In this document: in pieces, positions 17,113-27,489 of the stretch
How positions within the stretch are numbered: the first letter of the stretch is position 1
Layout of the letters: the number at the start of each line of letters is the position of its first letter
Assembly: GCA_037447605.1 (NCBI GenBank)
Contig: CM074819.1
Span: forward strand, 2,068,297-2,132,296
Source: Zygnema circumcarinatum SAG 698-1b
Lineage: Eukaryota > Plantae > Zygnematophyceae
DNA length: 64,000 nucleotides
Reading direction: 5' to 3'
The notes under the pieces: model-generated
Seen by the model: only the letters and a program-made list of their open reading frames with translations
The model's database searches: none
Told to the model about the DNA's origin: nothing
Made by a program: the position numbers and the translations under genes

Positions 17113-18330
17113 GAAACACAGGGTTTTCAACAAGAGCTATGGACGATTGATTATCCGTGAACAAAGTCAAGGGACGTTGTGGCCTCTTACACTCATCAAA
17201 GAAATGTTGGAACCACACTCCCTCCTTCGCTGCGTGACATGCTCCCATGTACTCGCCTTCGGTGCTAGACAACGCAACCGAATCCTGTAACTTCGAGCTC
17301 CATGAGATCGCTCCACCTGCGTTCAGGTACACAAATCCAGAGGTCGATCGCGATGTGTCCACGTCACCTCCCCAGTCAGAGTCGGTGTAACCGATGACTC
17401 TGTTCGGCCCTCTCTTGTAACGGAGTCCGTACTCCAAGGTCCCCCGTACGAACAGAAAGATTCGCTTTACGGCCTCCCAATGCTTTGGGCCGGGATTCTC
17501 CATGAACCGACTTGCGGTGCTCATTGCTTTCGCCAAGTCCGGTCGGGTACCAATCATTAGGTACATTAAACTTCGATAGCAGATCTGTACGGCACTCCGT
17601 ACATGCGTTGGACTTCCGTGTCCGTCGCGGGCTCCATATCTTTCGACAATCTTGCGCTGATCTCCATCGGGCTGGTGCACGGTCTGCACTCCTCCATACA
17701 GGTAGACCCCCCCAATATTTTCGCCCCTCTTATTTTCGCTCCCCAATATTTTCGCCCTGAATCTGCCAAAACCACTTTTTAATATAATACTGCCCGCCTA
17801 TTGTTAACACGCACCCTTATATTTTCGCTACCCAATATTTTCGCCCAATATTTGCCAAAAGCATGGCGAAAATATTGGGGGGGTCTACTGTATTGAATCT
17901 CGCAAGTACATCCGCGGCGTACTTCTTCTGACTTAGGAACAGACTTCCGTCCTGCCCCCTTGTCAGCTGTATCCCCAGGAGATATTGCGCCTCCCCTAGA
18001 TCCGACATTTGGAAGTTAGCTTGCAAAAGCTTCTTCAAATCATTGATTCTCTCAAGTGAGAGACTCACCATAATGAGGTCATCCACGTAGATCCCAACGT
18101 ACATGAGATCTCCCTCCTCTCCTTGTCGGTAGACGGAATGATCCGTCTCAAAACGCGCAAATCCGTTGCTCCTCAGAAGATCGTCAATCTTCTCGTACCA
18201 GATCCTGGGTGCCTGCTTCAGTCCGTACAAAGTCTTCACTAGGCGACAAACGAGATGCTCCTGCCCCGGGACAACTTTCCCTTCGGGCTGCTCCATGTAG
18301 ATCTCCTCAGCGAGATCTCCGTACATAAAC
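17113..18330 (-). pseudogene. Copia RT (C-terminal part) and RNase H, interrupted and frameshifted
   Basis: YGDLAEEIYMEQP...LYGLKQAPRIW...YVDD, then YLMIGTRPDLA, GYTDSDWGG, ALSSTEGEY, TDNQS. MITE insertion at 17699 and a frameshift near 17575. Confidence 0.9.
17699..17890. mobile_element. Tc1/mariner-type MITE inserted in Copia RT, TA TSD
   Basis: Termini CAG(G)TAGACCCCCCCAATATTTTCGCC / GGCGAAAATATTGGGGGGGTCTACTG with TA on both sides. Removing it restores ...RFNMEECRPCTSPM. Confidence 0.85.
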
Positions 18331-18993
18331 TGTTGATGCAGCGGCCTCCATGCGAGGTGCTGCCACTTCTCCTCTACCCTCGGTAGAACTCGACATCTTC
18401 AATGACTTGTTCAATCACACTCTTCAAGGATGTGGACACACAACAATACTAAATGCAATAGAACAGATCAGCGGAATGAAGAAGATGTAAGGAGAAAGCC
18501 TCCAGCCTAAAACTCCTTAAGATAAAAGGTGAATACAACTTGACAACTCTAGAGCCAAGCTTCAAGCACCTAAACTCAAGCTACGTGAATAAACCACCCC
18601 ACTACAAGCTGAACTCTTCCCACTATCTTCCAGGCCCAAAGCAAGATAGCCTCACGTCCCCAATGTGAGTCACGAGTAGGTTAACACCTACAAAACAGTC
18701 CTCCATAATATACTACCATGGCCGTGTGACGTGACACTAGATGTCACGTCACGCCCGCCATTGCTAGCCCTTGCATTCGGCAAAGCGGCAAGACCAAACT
18801 AGGACCTACGAAGGTGGTCTCGTAAACCTACGAGACACCGACCAACGGATTGCCCTGCCGTACAGATCCTCTGCTCGTCAGGTCCCCTTTGACATTTTCC
18901 GGCCGCCGACTCTTTTGCCGTACACTCGAACCAACGAGCCCACTAACTGAGTGGCCCACGTGGCGCTGCTCGATTCGTCGCCAACTTTCCTTC
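18331..18993 (-). mobile_element. Nested LTR related to the element-3 LTR (43356/46284), truncated by a gap
   Basis: Shares long blocks with 43356-43700 (gtagaactcgacatcttcaatga, ctcaagctacgtgaataaaccacccactacaagctgaactcttccc). Its CA end abuts RT sequence. Confidence 0.8.
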
Positions 18994-19003
18994 NNNNNNN
19001 NNN

Positions 19004-19788
19004 GATTCCGTACTTCTGGCTATAGTCCTTCGCCACCAGCCGCGCCTTGTAACGGTCGACACTCCCGTCCGCCTTCCGCTTCACCTTGAACACCCACTTG
19101 CATCCAATGGCTCTCCTCCCCTTCGGCAGCTTCTCCAGTCGCCATGTCCCATTCTCTATCAGACTATTCCACCCGCTATCAATCGCTGCTCGCCACTTCG
19201 CTCCATCGACCCCATCGTGAGCCTCCTCAAAGGTTTGCGGCTCGATAATCATGTAGCAGTGGGCAACTCCTGCGAGGTCAGCAGAGTCCGTAGGCACTCT
19301 CTCCTGCATCAGGTTAGTCTGTGACGGCCTGTATCGTTCAGGTCTCCTCACCACACGGGTGCTCCTCTGCGGTCCTTGCGTTCTCCCACTCCTCGAGTTG
19401 AAGAAAATTCCGGGAACAAATCCCGGAGGCATCCTTGCCCTCATCGCGTCTCTCTCGGCCATCTCCAAGTCTTCAGACTCCTACCCGTGCAAAGGTACAG
19501 TTTCGACCGAGTCCTCCTCATCCGACAGGTGAGTGTGTAGTGGAGCCGTCTCCGTCGATTTCTCCGGCTCCCCCTCTTGCGGCACTTCGGGTTCGACTCC
19601 CGCCTCCGCCTCGACGTTCGGTGTTGCTCCCGAGTCAGCTCCTCCGCTCTCCGGCGTGCTGATTTCCTCCAAAGCCGGGACCTGAGAGGCTTCAACGCCT
19701 TCTCCGCTGGTCTCCACGTCTTCATACACAATCTCCAATCCTGCCTTTTGGGGCTGGGTCTCACCTAGCCGTGTCACCGCCCCTTTCT
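19004..19788. repeat. Near-identical duplicate of 19818..20602 between two N gaps
   Basis: Same MEMAERD...WVFKVK ORF at offset 814. Probably an assembly duplication. Confidence 0.8.
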
Positions 19789-20294
19789 NNNNNNNNNNCG
19801 AAAGTCTCCGTGTAGTCGATTCCGTACTTCTGGCTATAGTCCTTCGCCACCAGCCGCGCCTTGTAACGGTCGACACTCCCGTCCGCCTTCCGCTTCACCT
19901 TGAACACCCACTTGCATCCAATGGCTCTCCTCCCCTTCGGCAGCTTCTCCAGTCGCCATGTCCCATTCTCTATCAGACTATTCCACCCGCTATCAATCGC
20001 TGCTCGCCACTTCGCTCCATCGACCCCATCGTGAGCCTCCTCAAAGGTTTGCGGCTCGATAATCATGTAGCAGTGGGCAACTCCTGCGAGGTCAGCAGAG
20101 TCCGTAGGCACTCTCTCCTGCATCAGGTTAGTCTGTGACGGCCTGTATCGTTCAGGTCTCCTCACCACACGGGTGCTCCTCTGCGGTCCTTGCGTTCTCC
20201 CACTCCTCGAGTTGAAGAAAATTCCGGGAACAAATCCCGGAGGCATCCTTGCCCTCATCGCGTCTCTCTCGGCCATCTCCAAGTCTTCAGACTC

Positions 20295-21659
20295 CTACCC
20301 GTGCAAAGGTACAGTTTCGACCGAGTCCTCCTCATCCGACAGGTGAGTGTGTAGTGGAGCCGTCTCCGTCGATTTCTCCGGCTCCCCCTCTTGCGGCACT
20401 TCGGGTTCGACTCCCGCCTCCGCCTCGACGTTCGGTGTTGCTCCCGAGTCAGCTCCTCCGCTCTCCGGCGTGCTGATTTCCTCCAAAGCCGGGACCTGAG
20501 AGGCTTCAACGCCTTCTCCGCTGGTCTCCACGTCTTCATACACAATCTCCAATCCTGCCTTTTGGGGCTGGGTCTCACCTAGCTGTGTCACCGCCCCGTT
20601 CTCGTCCACCATGATGTCCCTCAAGCTCTGCACTTCCTTCGCTCGCGGGTTCCAAATCCTGTAGGTGCGACTGTCCATATTGTAGCCGAGAACATACCCT
20701 TCAACAGCTCGCGGGTCGAACTTCCTCTTCTGTCTCGCCTTCGGCACCGTCGACCAACAGCGCGCTCCGAAAGCCTTTAGGTGGGAAACCGTGGGTTTCC
20801 TCCCACTCCACACCTCCTCAGGAACCTGGTCCTTGAGCACAGAAGATGGGCATCTATTCCTAAGGTAAGCTGCGGTCATGACCGCCTCTCCCCAGAAAGA
20901 AGCCGGGAAGGGGGAATCTATCAGAATGGTTCGCGCCATGTCCCCTAACGTCCTATTTACCCTTTCAGCAGCTCCATTACTTTGAGGGGAGTAGGGAGCA
21001 GAGAATTCATGCCTAATTCCACGAGTCTTGAGGTACTCGCCGAACTCCTTCGACTTGAACTCCCCTCCGTTGTCCGAGCGCAGAGTCTTCAGTTTTTGTC
21101 CGCTCTCTCGCTCCATCTGAGTCTGCCAATCTCGAAAGGCTCCGAACGCCTCAGACTTGTTCTTGAGAATCTTCGCCCATATTTTCCTCGAAAAATCGTC
21201 GAGAAAAGTGATGAAGTACCGAGCTCCTCCACTCGTTGCCGGTGACACGGGGCCGCAAAGGTCGGTGTGAACCAACTCCAGTTTCTCCTGCGCATGGTAC
21301 GCCTCCTCTCCACTCCTCGCAAATGGTTTCCGATGCGCCTTCCCCTGTACACACTCCTTGCAAAAACCGAGCTCCTTCTCCACGACATCTACGTCTAACC
21401 CACGGACCAGCCCCTTAGCAGCAAGCTGTTGCAGTCCCCGATGGTTAAGATGTCCAAGTCTACGATGCCAGAGATTTATGGCAGTTTCAGCTATAGCCAT
21501 CACATCTTCATCCTCTGTCTTTCTATAATGAAGATAATACAGGCCTCCTTTCTCATACCCCTCAAACAGCCGCTTCCCCGTCACTGCGTGAGTAGCTACA
21601 CAAGATTTTTCCTTGAACGTGATCTCGTACCCCCTTTTACACACCTGGCTAACAGACAT
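20295..21659 (-). CDS. Copia integrase (GAG-pre-integrase, rve core) of element 1
   Basis: LWHRRLGH...C..C zinc motif, VHTDLCGP, RSDNGGEF, PQSNGAAERVNRTL. Confidence 0.9.
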   Translation of the reverse strand: MSVSQVCKRGYEITFKEKSCVATHAVTGKRLFEGYEKGGLYYLHYRKTEDEDVMAIAETAINLWHRRLGHLNHRGLQQLAAKGLVRGLDVDVVEKELGFCKECVQGKAHRKPFARSGEEAYHAQEKLELVHTDLCGPVSPATSGGARYFITFLDDFSRKIWAKILKNKSEAFGAFRDWQTQMERESGQKLKTLRSDNGGEFKSKEFGEYLKTRGIRHEFSAPYSPQSNGAAERVNRTLGDMARTILIDSPFPASFWGEAVMTAAYLRNRCPSSVLKDQVPEEVWSGRKPTVSHLKAFGARCWSTVPKARQKRKFDPRAVEGYVLGYNMDSRTYRIWNPRAKEVQSLRDIMVDENGAVTQLGETQPQKAGLEIVYEDVETSGEGVEASQVPALEEISTPESGGADSGATPNVEAEAGVEPEVPQEGEPEKSTETAPLHTHLSDEEDSVETVPLHG

Positions 21660-21742
21660 GAAGTTCTGTTTCAGCTCGGGGGTGTGAAGGACATCACCGA
21701 TACATAGACGCTCCTCCCTCTCTTCTTCGTAGATAACAGAGC

Positions 21743-21968
21743 TGTTGGTGTAGGGACTCCTCCACTGCTGCCGTCCGTTCCTCCATTCGGGTCACCCTCC
21801 ATCGGAGTTTGCGTTCCAAACGACGATGACATATTCAAATCCCTCACATTCACTCATAGCCCATTTTACTCACAGAGTGAATCACAGCAATAATGCACAG
21901 CGGAATAACAGAGAGAAATGAATAGGAGAAAGCTCCTGGCTCTAAAACTCCTTAATAGTGAATTCACT
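21743..21968 (-). mobile_element. 3' part of another Copia LTR inserted in the protease region of element 1
   Basis: Ends ...CCAACA against pol sequence (IGDVLHTPELKQNF frame). Carries the GAGTTTTAG...GCTTTCT LTR motif. Cut by the gap at 21969. Confidence 0.7.
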
Positions 21969-21978
21969 NNNNNNNNNN

Positions 21979-22950
21979 AGATCCTGAACCTGGATCTTCC
22001 CAACAAAGTCAGAATTTTCAGGCCTTTCAGCCATCATCAGATTGGTCTCATTCGACCCTCTGCACTCGGTGCTCTTGTGACCTCGCTTCTTGCACTTGAA
22101 GCAGATCCCCTTGAAGCTTTTCTTCTCCTTCTTGTCGAATGCCGGCGCGCCTCCTCCTCCACGATCTTGGGGACTCTTGTTCTTATGCTTGATCTGCGGT
22201 AGTGGCCGTCTTCCCACCGCGTGTAGCGCACGCTCCGTAAGGGTCTCCCTCGGTCCGACTTTTTGGCGCACCTCCTCTTCGGTCTTGTCGTGAGTGCAGC
22301 GCTAGCACCTTCTCCTCGGTGCTCCCGGTGTCTTGGACGGTGTCCTCCTCCTTGATCCTCCGCTTCACTTGCTCAAGGGTCATTTTCGAGTTCGTTAGGA
22401 CAGTCCTAAGCGCTGCAACTGCTACGTCAAATCTGGAGGTTAATCCCCCCAAGAACTGGCTGATCTTATGGTCACTCTCTAACGGTTTCTGTAGAGCTAT
22501 GAACCTCTCCATCAAGGTATCAAACCTGACCATATATTCACTCAGTTTCTCATCCGAGGACATTTTCATCTTCCCAAGCTGCGTGTAAAGGCTCACTATC
22601 GTGACGTTATCCTTTACATCATACATCTCTTCTAAGCACCTCCACATAGCATGTGAGGTCTTGAGATCATACAGCATGGACGAAGGACTTCCCCTCACAC
22701 TCATGACGATCTGGGTAGGCGCTTTGTTGTCCTTGGCATCCATCTGGCGGCTTCCACATCGTCAGTTCCGACTGCTGCCAACTCCCGCCCGTGGCTTTCC
22801 TCGGTAGCACCCGGTGCATGATAGTGCCGTTTGGCGTGCCCAACAGTCCCTTGCCCGCGAGCAGGGGACCAGCTTCCTCTCACGCTAGCCAGTCTTTACC
22901 CGTGGTCGGGAATCTTTGAACTTCCGCGTGGTCTCGTTTAAGCCACCATT
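21979..22950 (-). pseudogene. Copia gag of element 1 (frameshifted)
   Basis: UBN2-type gag (WRCLEEMY...SLYTQLGKMKM...QFLGGL) and knuckle CFKCKKRGHKSTEC, lying in different frames. Confidence 0.85.
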
Positions 22951-23699
22951 GGCTCTGATACCACTTGTTGGAGCGTGGATCTGCTCGCTGCTCCCGGCGC
23001 CACCTTGCGTGTCGCCCTCCATTGGAACTCCGGTTCCCACCAATGAAGACATCTTTCACTCTCCCCACTCTATCTCACTTCACTCATAGCCCATAACTCA
23101 CAGAATGAAAACAGAGACAAGCACAGCGGAAATCACACACGGGAAAGTGTAGGAGAAAGCTCACGGCTCTAAAACTCCTTTATGATAAGAATGTCACCCA
23201 CATGAAGTTCTCCCCCTCTCACTAGCTACTTCTCCCCTTACTCACTACCTTGCGACACAAGCAGGGCAGCCCAGCAACACGAGCAGGCACAGAATAAGTC
23301 ACGGGACTACAGTAGTCTAATGTGGTTATCCTACATAATCAAGCTAAACCCTATATACCGCCATGGCCGTGTTACGTGACATCTTCCTAGTTGACCGATG
23401 TCACGTCACGGCCGCCCTCATGCGTTCAGCAGCCGGGTACGCGTTCAACATCCAGCATTGCGGTCCTTCGTAAACCTACGCCGACCTAGTTAGGTCGTCC
23501 GTACAGTTTTGTCGCCCATCTGAACTTGTCGTCCGTTCGAGCGCAGAACTTCCGCCGCCCGTCCGTACGCGTCCGTCGCCCGCGCGCGCATGTTCGATTC
23601 GCGCGCGCCGTACACATTTGCGCCATCCGCGACGAAATCTCAATCGTCGCATTTCCGCGCCGTTCACACTTGTCCGCGTGGCTGCTGACTCAGTGTAAC

Positions 23700-23770
23700 A
23701 AACCTGCCAACTGCAAGGTTTGAACACAAGACCTCCCGGTACCCACACCAGTGCTTTACCATTAAAAGGC
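23700..23770 (-). other. Possible tRNA-derived SINE head or decayed tRNA-like sequence
   Basis: Minus strand reads TAATGGTAAAGC (A-box-like)...GGAGGTCTTGTGTTCAAACC (B-box-like). No complete cloverleaf. Confidence 0.35.
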
Positions 23771-25261
23771 AACCGCGGATGTAAATACTAGGCCATACAA
23801 CACATGTATAGCGTTTGGCGCTACACTTTCGGTCTCGCGATTGACTGCGTTAGAGTCAGGACAGCGGTAAGAATTACGGCTGGCGATTCATGAAGCATCC
23901 TGAAACGTCCTCAGCGCTGAAAGCGTCGCAGACGCGGCATTTGGCGAGCCGCATTTCTAGGACTATCTTAGCGGAATCTCATGTTTTCCCAATGAGGACG
24001 CCGCGATGTTAGTGTGAACCCATACAATGTCTAACTATAGCACACTAACACTAACACTATCGCTGAGCGCCACATGTCATAACTATCCTTAAGCGACTCT
24101 TAATATCTCGATTATTAGAAGCAGCGGCCTATAGCCTTCGCGGCGTAACCCGGCCAATTAGCAGCGTTCCCGGCCTGAGACTAAGGCCGGTCGGTCGGTC
24201 CGCGTCGGGGTGGCCAGAACCTCAGGACCTTTGAAGCTGGCGGCCTGGGGCCGTGCGATTATGCAGGACCGGGCTATACCTATTGTACACAACATTCCCT
24301 CGATCCCCAGCGAAAGGTCCGACTCCGATGAATCTTTGTTCCTCAGGGCGATCTCACCGTTTGTCCCTTTGGTTAACATATGCGCGACGATGCGTTGATG
24401 CTGACAAATCCGGCTGACCACGGGCCATCCTCTACGTTTTCGACATAGTGATCGCGCGGCAGTATGTTTTAGGCCTTTTATGGCTTACCGGATTACGTAC
24501 TAGCGCCAATTGATGATTGGTTATCGATGAAGATCTGTACGAGGTTGGGGCGTTAGCACTTTCGAGGAGGAAGAAATGCAAGCCAGATCGGCTTCCTTGC
24601 TGGCGTGGCATGNNNNNNNNNNNNNNNNNNNNNNNNNNNNNNNNNNNNNNNNNNNNNNNNNNNNNNNNNNNNNNNNNNNNNNNNNNNNNNNNNNNNNNNN
24701 NNNNNNNNNNNNCAAAGTTAGCATCTGCCCCTCACCAGCAGGTTGCTGGGTGACCATTGCGATTTTGATGAAGGTCATGGCACGATGGGCAAGGTGGAAC
24801 ATAGATCGCACTATATGCGAAGGTTGAGGACGAGCCGTCCTCCACACCAATGTGTAGGGTGAGCCAACCAGCAAGCTGGTGGATCCTTCCATCTCTTGCA
24901 CCAACGTGTGCCCTTTCCTCAACTGTTTCACCAACCGCCAAGTGGCGTTGGGAAAGGTGCGAACTGCCATGTGCTGAGGAACCAGCACATGCAGCCCAAG
25001 GACATGGGANNNNNNNNNNGGTCGGATCCTACGCGCGCGGCGCGGGGTCCGATTGACAGTCCGTCCGTACCAACGGGTAACCGTTATTGTACGGACGAAC
25101 GGAGAAGTCCAAAAAGGGGGATCCGGGCCGCGGCCCGAGATCCAATCGCGAGACCGGATCGGTCCCGTGGTGCCGTTAGTCCGTGATCCTCCTCTACGCT
25201 GAGAGGAGGGGACCTTGGCCGGTGACGTGGGGCCCATAGAGATTATGTGGCAGCCCCACGG

Positions 25262-25340
25262 GTGAACCAGTTCTTACGGTTCGAACCTAGGACCTCCGTC
25301 GTCCTATAGGGTATCCGATGCCCTAACCGTTAGGTACTGC
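25262..25340 (-). other. Possible tRNA-derived SINE head
   Basis: Minus strand reads TAACGGTTAGGGC...GGAGGTCCTAGGTTCGAACC, with A/B-box spacing as in tRNAs. No clean acceptor stem. Confidence 0.4.
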
Positions 25341-26485
25341 ATTGGATGGAAACATAAAGCCACGCCGGGCTCTAAGTAACCCTTCCCCCTTGGGGTGACT
25401 GTAGCGTTTCGCTACAGAAAATCAGCTCACGGCTGATCTCTAATGCTCTACCCAGCAACGCCTATCTACTGCTGCCCATACAGCAGACCTCTACACTCAG
25501 CACCGCGAGCCAAGATGTAAGGTTCTAAGGTAACTAAACACTATGCACAAAGCAAACTATATACTAGCTGCTGAAGCATCTCCACATTCCACCGCATGCC
25601 ACCGCGTGCCACCTCCATGGGGAGGGGAGTGTCCGTACCGAAACCTCGGACCGAAACCTCCTCCGTCGATCCGAACCTTCCGCGCTCCTTCGCGTCTCTA
25701 ATAATCCGTACTAAGCTAAAACTCACAGCCGTGCGACCTATCGTCGCGCGCCACGTGTCTACACATCACTTATCGATTCGAAGCGGACTCCACTGGTAGC
25801 GCGGCCTATCGCCGCCCTCCAGGTGTCCTATACAAACCTGTCGTCTTCCCACTGAGAACAACGCTCTAGCGCCCTGTTCAGACTGTGACCGAATCTCCTA
25901 AGGACTGCCGACAAAGGCTAAGGACCGTACAGTGTACAATTCTAGGCTATACAGTACTGGACCCCTATTGTACTCAACATGATCTCGCTCTCCTCTACTC
26001 TCCATCCTCTAATCTCTCTCTCTGCTCTCTCTCTCCCCTCTGCGCTCTCTCTCCTCTGCTCTCCCTCCTCTAATCTCTCTCTCCTCTGCTCTCTCTCCTC
26101 TGCTCTCCTTCCTCTCTCTCTGGTAATGTGTCTTTACAGACGTTGCCTTGATGTGTGAGAAGGAGAAAACAGGGGAGTAAATATCCAAAATGGGGAGGGG
26201 CGGGATATCCAAAACAGGGGGCGGAATAGCCAAAATGGGAGGGCGGGATTCCAAAAAAAAGGGGCTGGATAACCCAAAAAGAGGGGCGAAGTATCATTTT
26301 CCTATATTTATTTCTTTAATGGAAGGAAAGAAAATGGTATTGATCTCACGATGGCGAAGCCATCAAAATGTACATGGACAAAATCAGTATGGGGAAGGAA
26401 CCACGAGGGACTGGTTCATTTCTTTATTTCTTAATATGTTTTTTTATGCATGGGCTCACACGATGTGTCATTTTCTACTTACATA

Positions 26486-26949
26486 AGGGGGAGTCAGACC
26501 TTGACCATCGCTTACGAAATTCAAAGATTCCCTATACGGAAAGGTATTGATTTCGTTTCCAGGTTTCGGCTCGGAAGCCGCGGCTCCCCCGAACCTGTCA
26601 TGTCCCGTCCGTACTACGGAATAGGTTACAAAAATGCCCCCAAATTTCCGAAATCCGCCGAAATCCGCTCGCCGAAACGCAGGGCCNNNNNNNNNNCACG
26701 TGTGAAGCGCGCGTGGCGACAAAACGGAGGGCGGCGGGCGGCGGGCGGCGGAGGGAGCGCGGCGGGGCGAAAAGGGGGGGGTCAGACCTGGCTCGGAGAT
26801 ACGAAGGTAAAATAATTATTTTCTTGAATTCGCCGCGCCCGAACCTGCCGAACGGCCACATTTTGCGAAAAAGGCCTGCCGTACACGGCGGAATAGGCCC
26901 GACGGGCTTACGAAATTGGTTTGGCGATGGTCAAGGTCTGACCCCCCCT
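26486..26949. mobile_element. MITE, AGGGGG(A/G)GTCAGAC-TIR family (internal N gap)
   Basis: Both TIRs are present and the interior is related to 8905-9176 and 47695-48097. The flanks differ, so the gap may join two copies. Confidence 0.75.
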
Positions 26950-27489
26950 ATTGTGCATCCTTAACATTTCCGAGTCACATTTCATTCCAGATTTTGTGAT
27001 GTTCTGCGGAACTTATGCTTATAGTTTATGCAACTTATGGTTTCAGTGAGCATCCTTTTCACGAGTTCCTTCCCTTCGGAGGAAATTTCCGACCATGGGC
27101 TCGCAGTGAAGGAGGGAGCCTCGCGGTTTTAGGGTTTTTAGGGTTTTAAGTGCTTGCAAAACCCCATCGTTTTTGCGAGCCCAGAAAGGCAAACACCCTG
27201 CGCTAAAGCGCAATCAGATTGATTGCAGACATCAGATAGCAATCGAGTACACCATACTTAGTGTGGGTATGAGGGTTTAAGGGTTTAAGGGTTCTTTGGG
27301 GCCCTAGAAAGGATGAATTAACACTCTCGCGAACTCAACATTCCTTGTTCTTCCGGATGGGGAGGATCTGCCCGGGACACGTGGCGACAGATAACAGGCT
27401 GAAATCCTCGCGTGTTCCCACTGGGCGTTGGAGCTTTCTCTTTGTGGGGACGAATTCGACCGAAGGCGGAACGGGGTCCCTCTCGTTTT

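Larger units (their letters stand above)
17113..23505 (-). mobile_element. Disrupted Ty1/Copia retrotransposon (element 1) with nested insertions
   Basis: 5' LTR at 22966-23505 (TG...CA) and tRNA-Met PBS TGGTATCAGAGCC at 22951-22963. Frameshifted gag, integrase, RT and RNase H occur in Copia order. Three N gaps and several nested pieces lie inside. Confidence 0.92.

Noticed and set aside
19004-20602. Duplicated RT N-terminal segment in element 1
   Set aside because: Bracketed by two gaps and nearly identical, so likely an assembly artefact.
24713-25009. Possible LINE endonuclease fragment (FAYSAIYVPP)
   Set aside because: Only a short weak resemblance between two gaps, too little to call without an HMM search.
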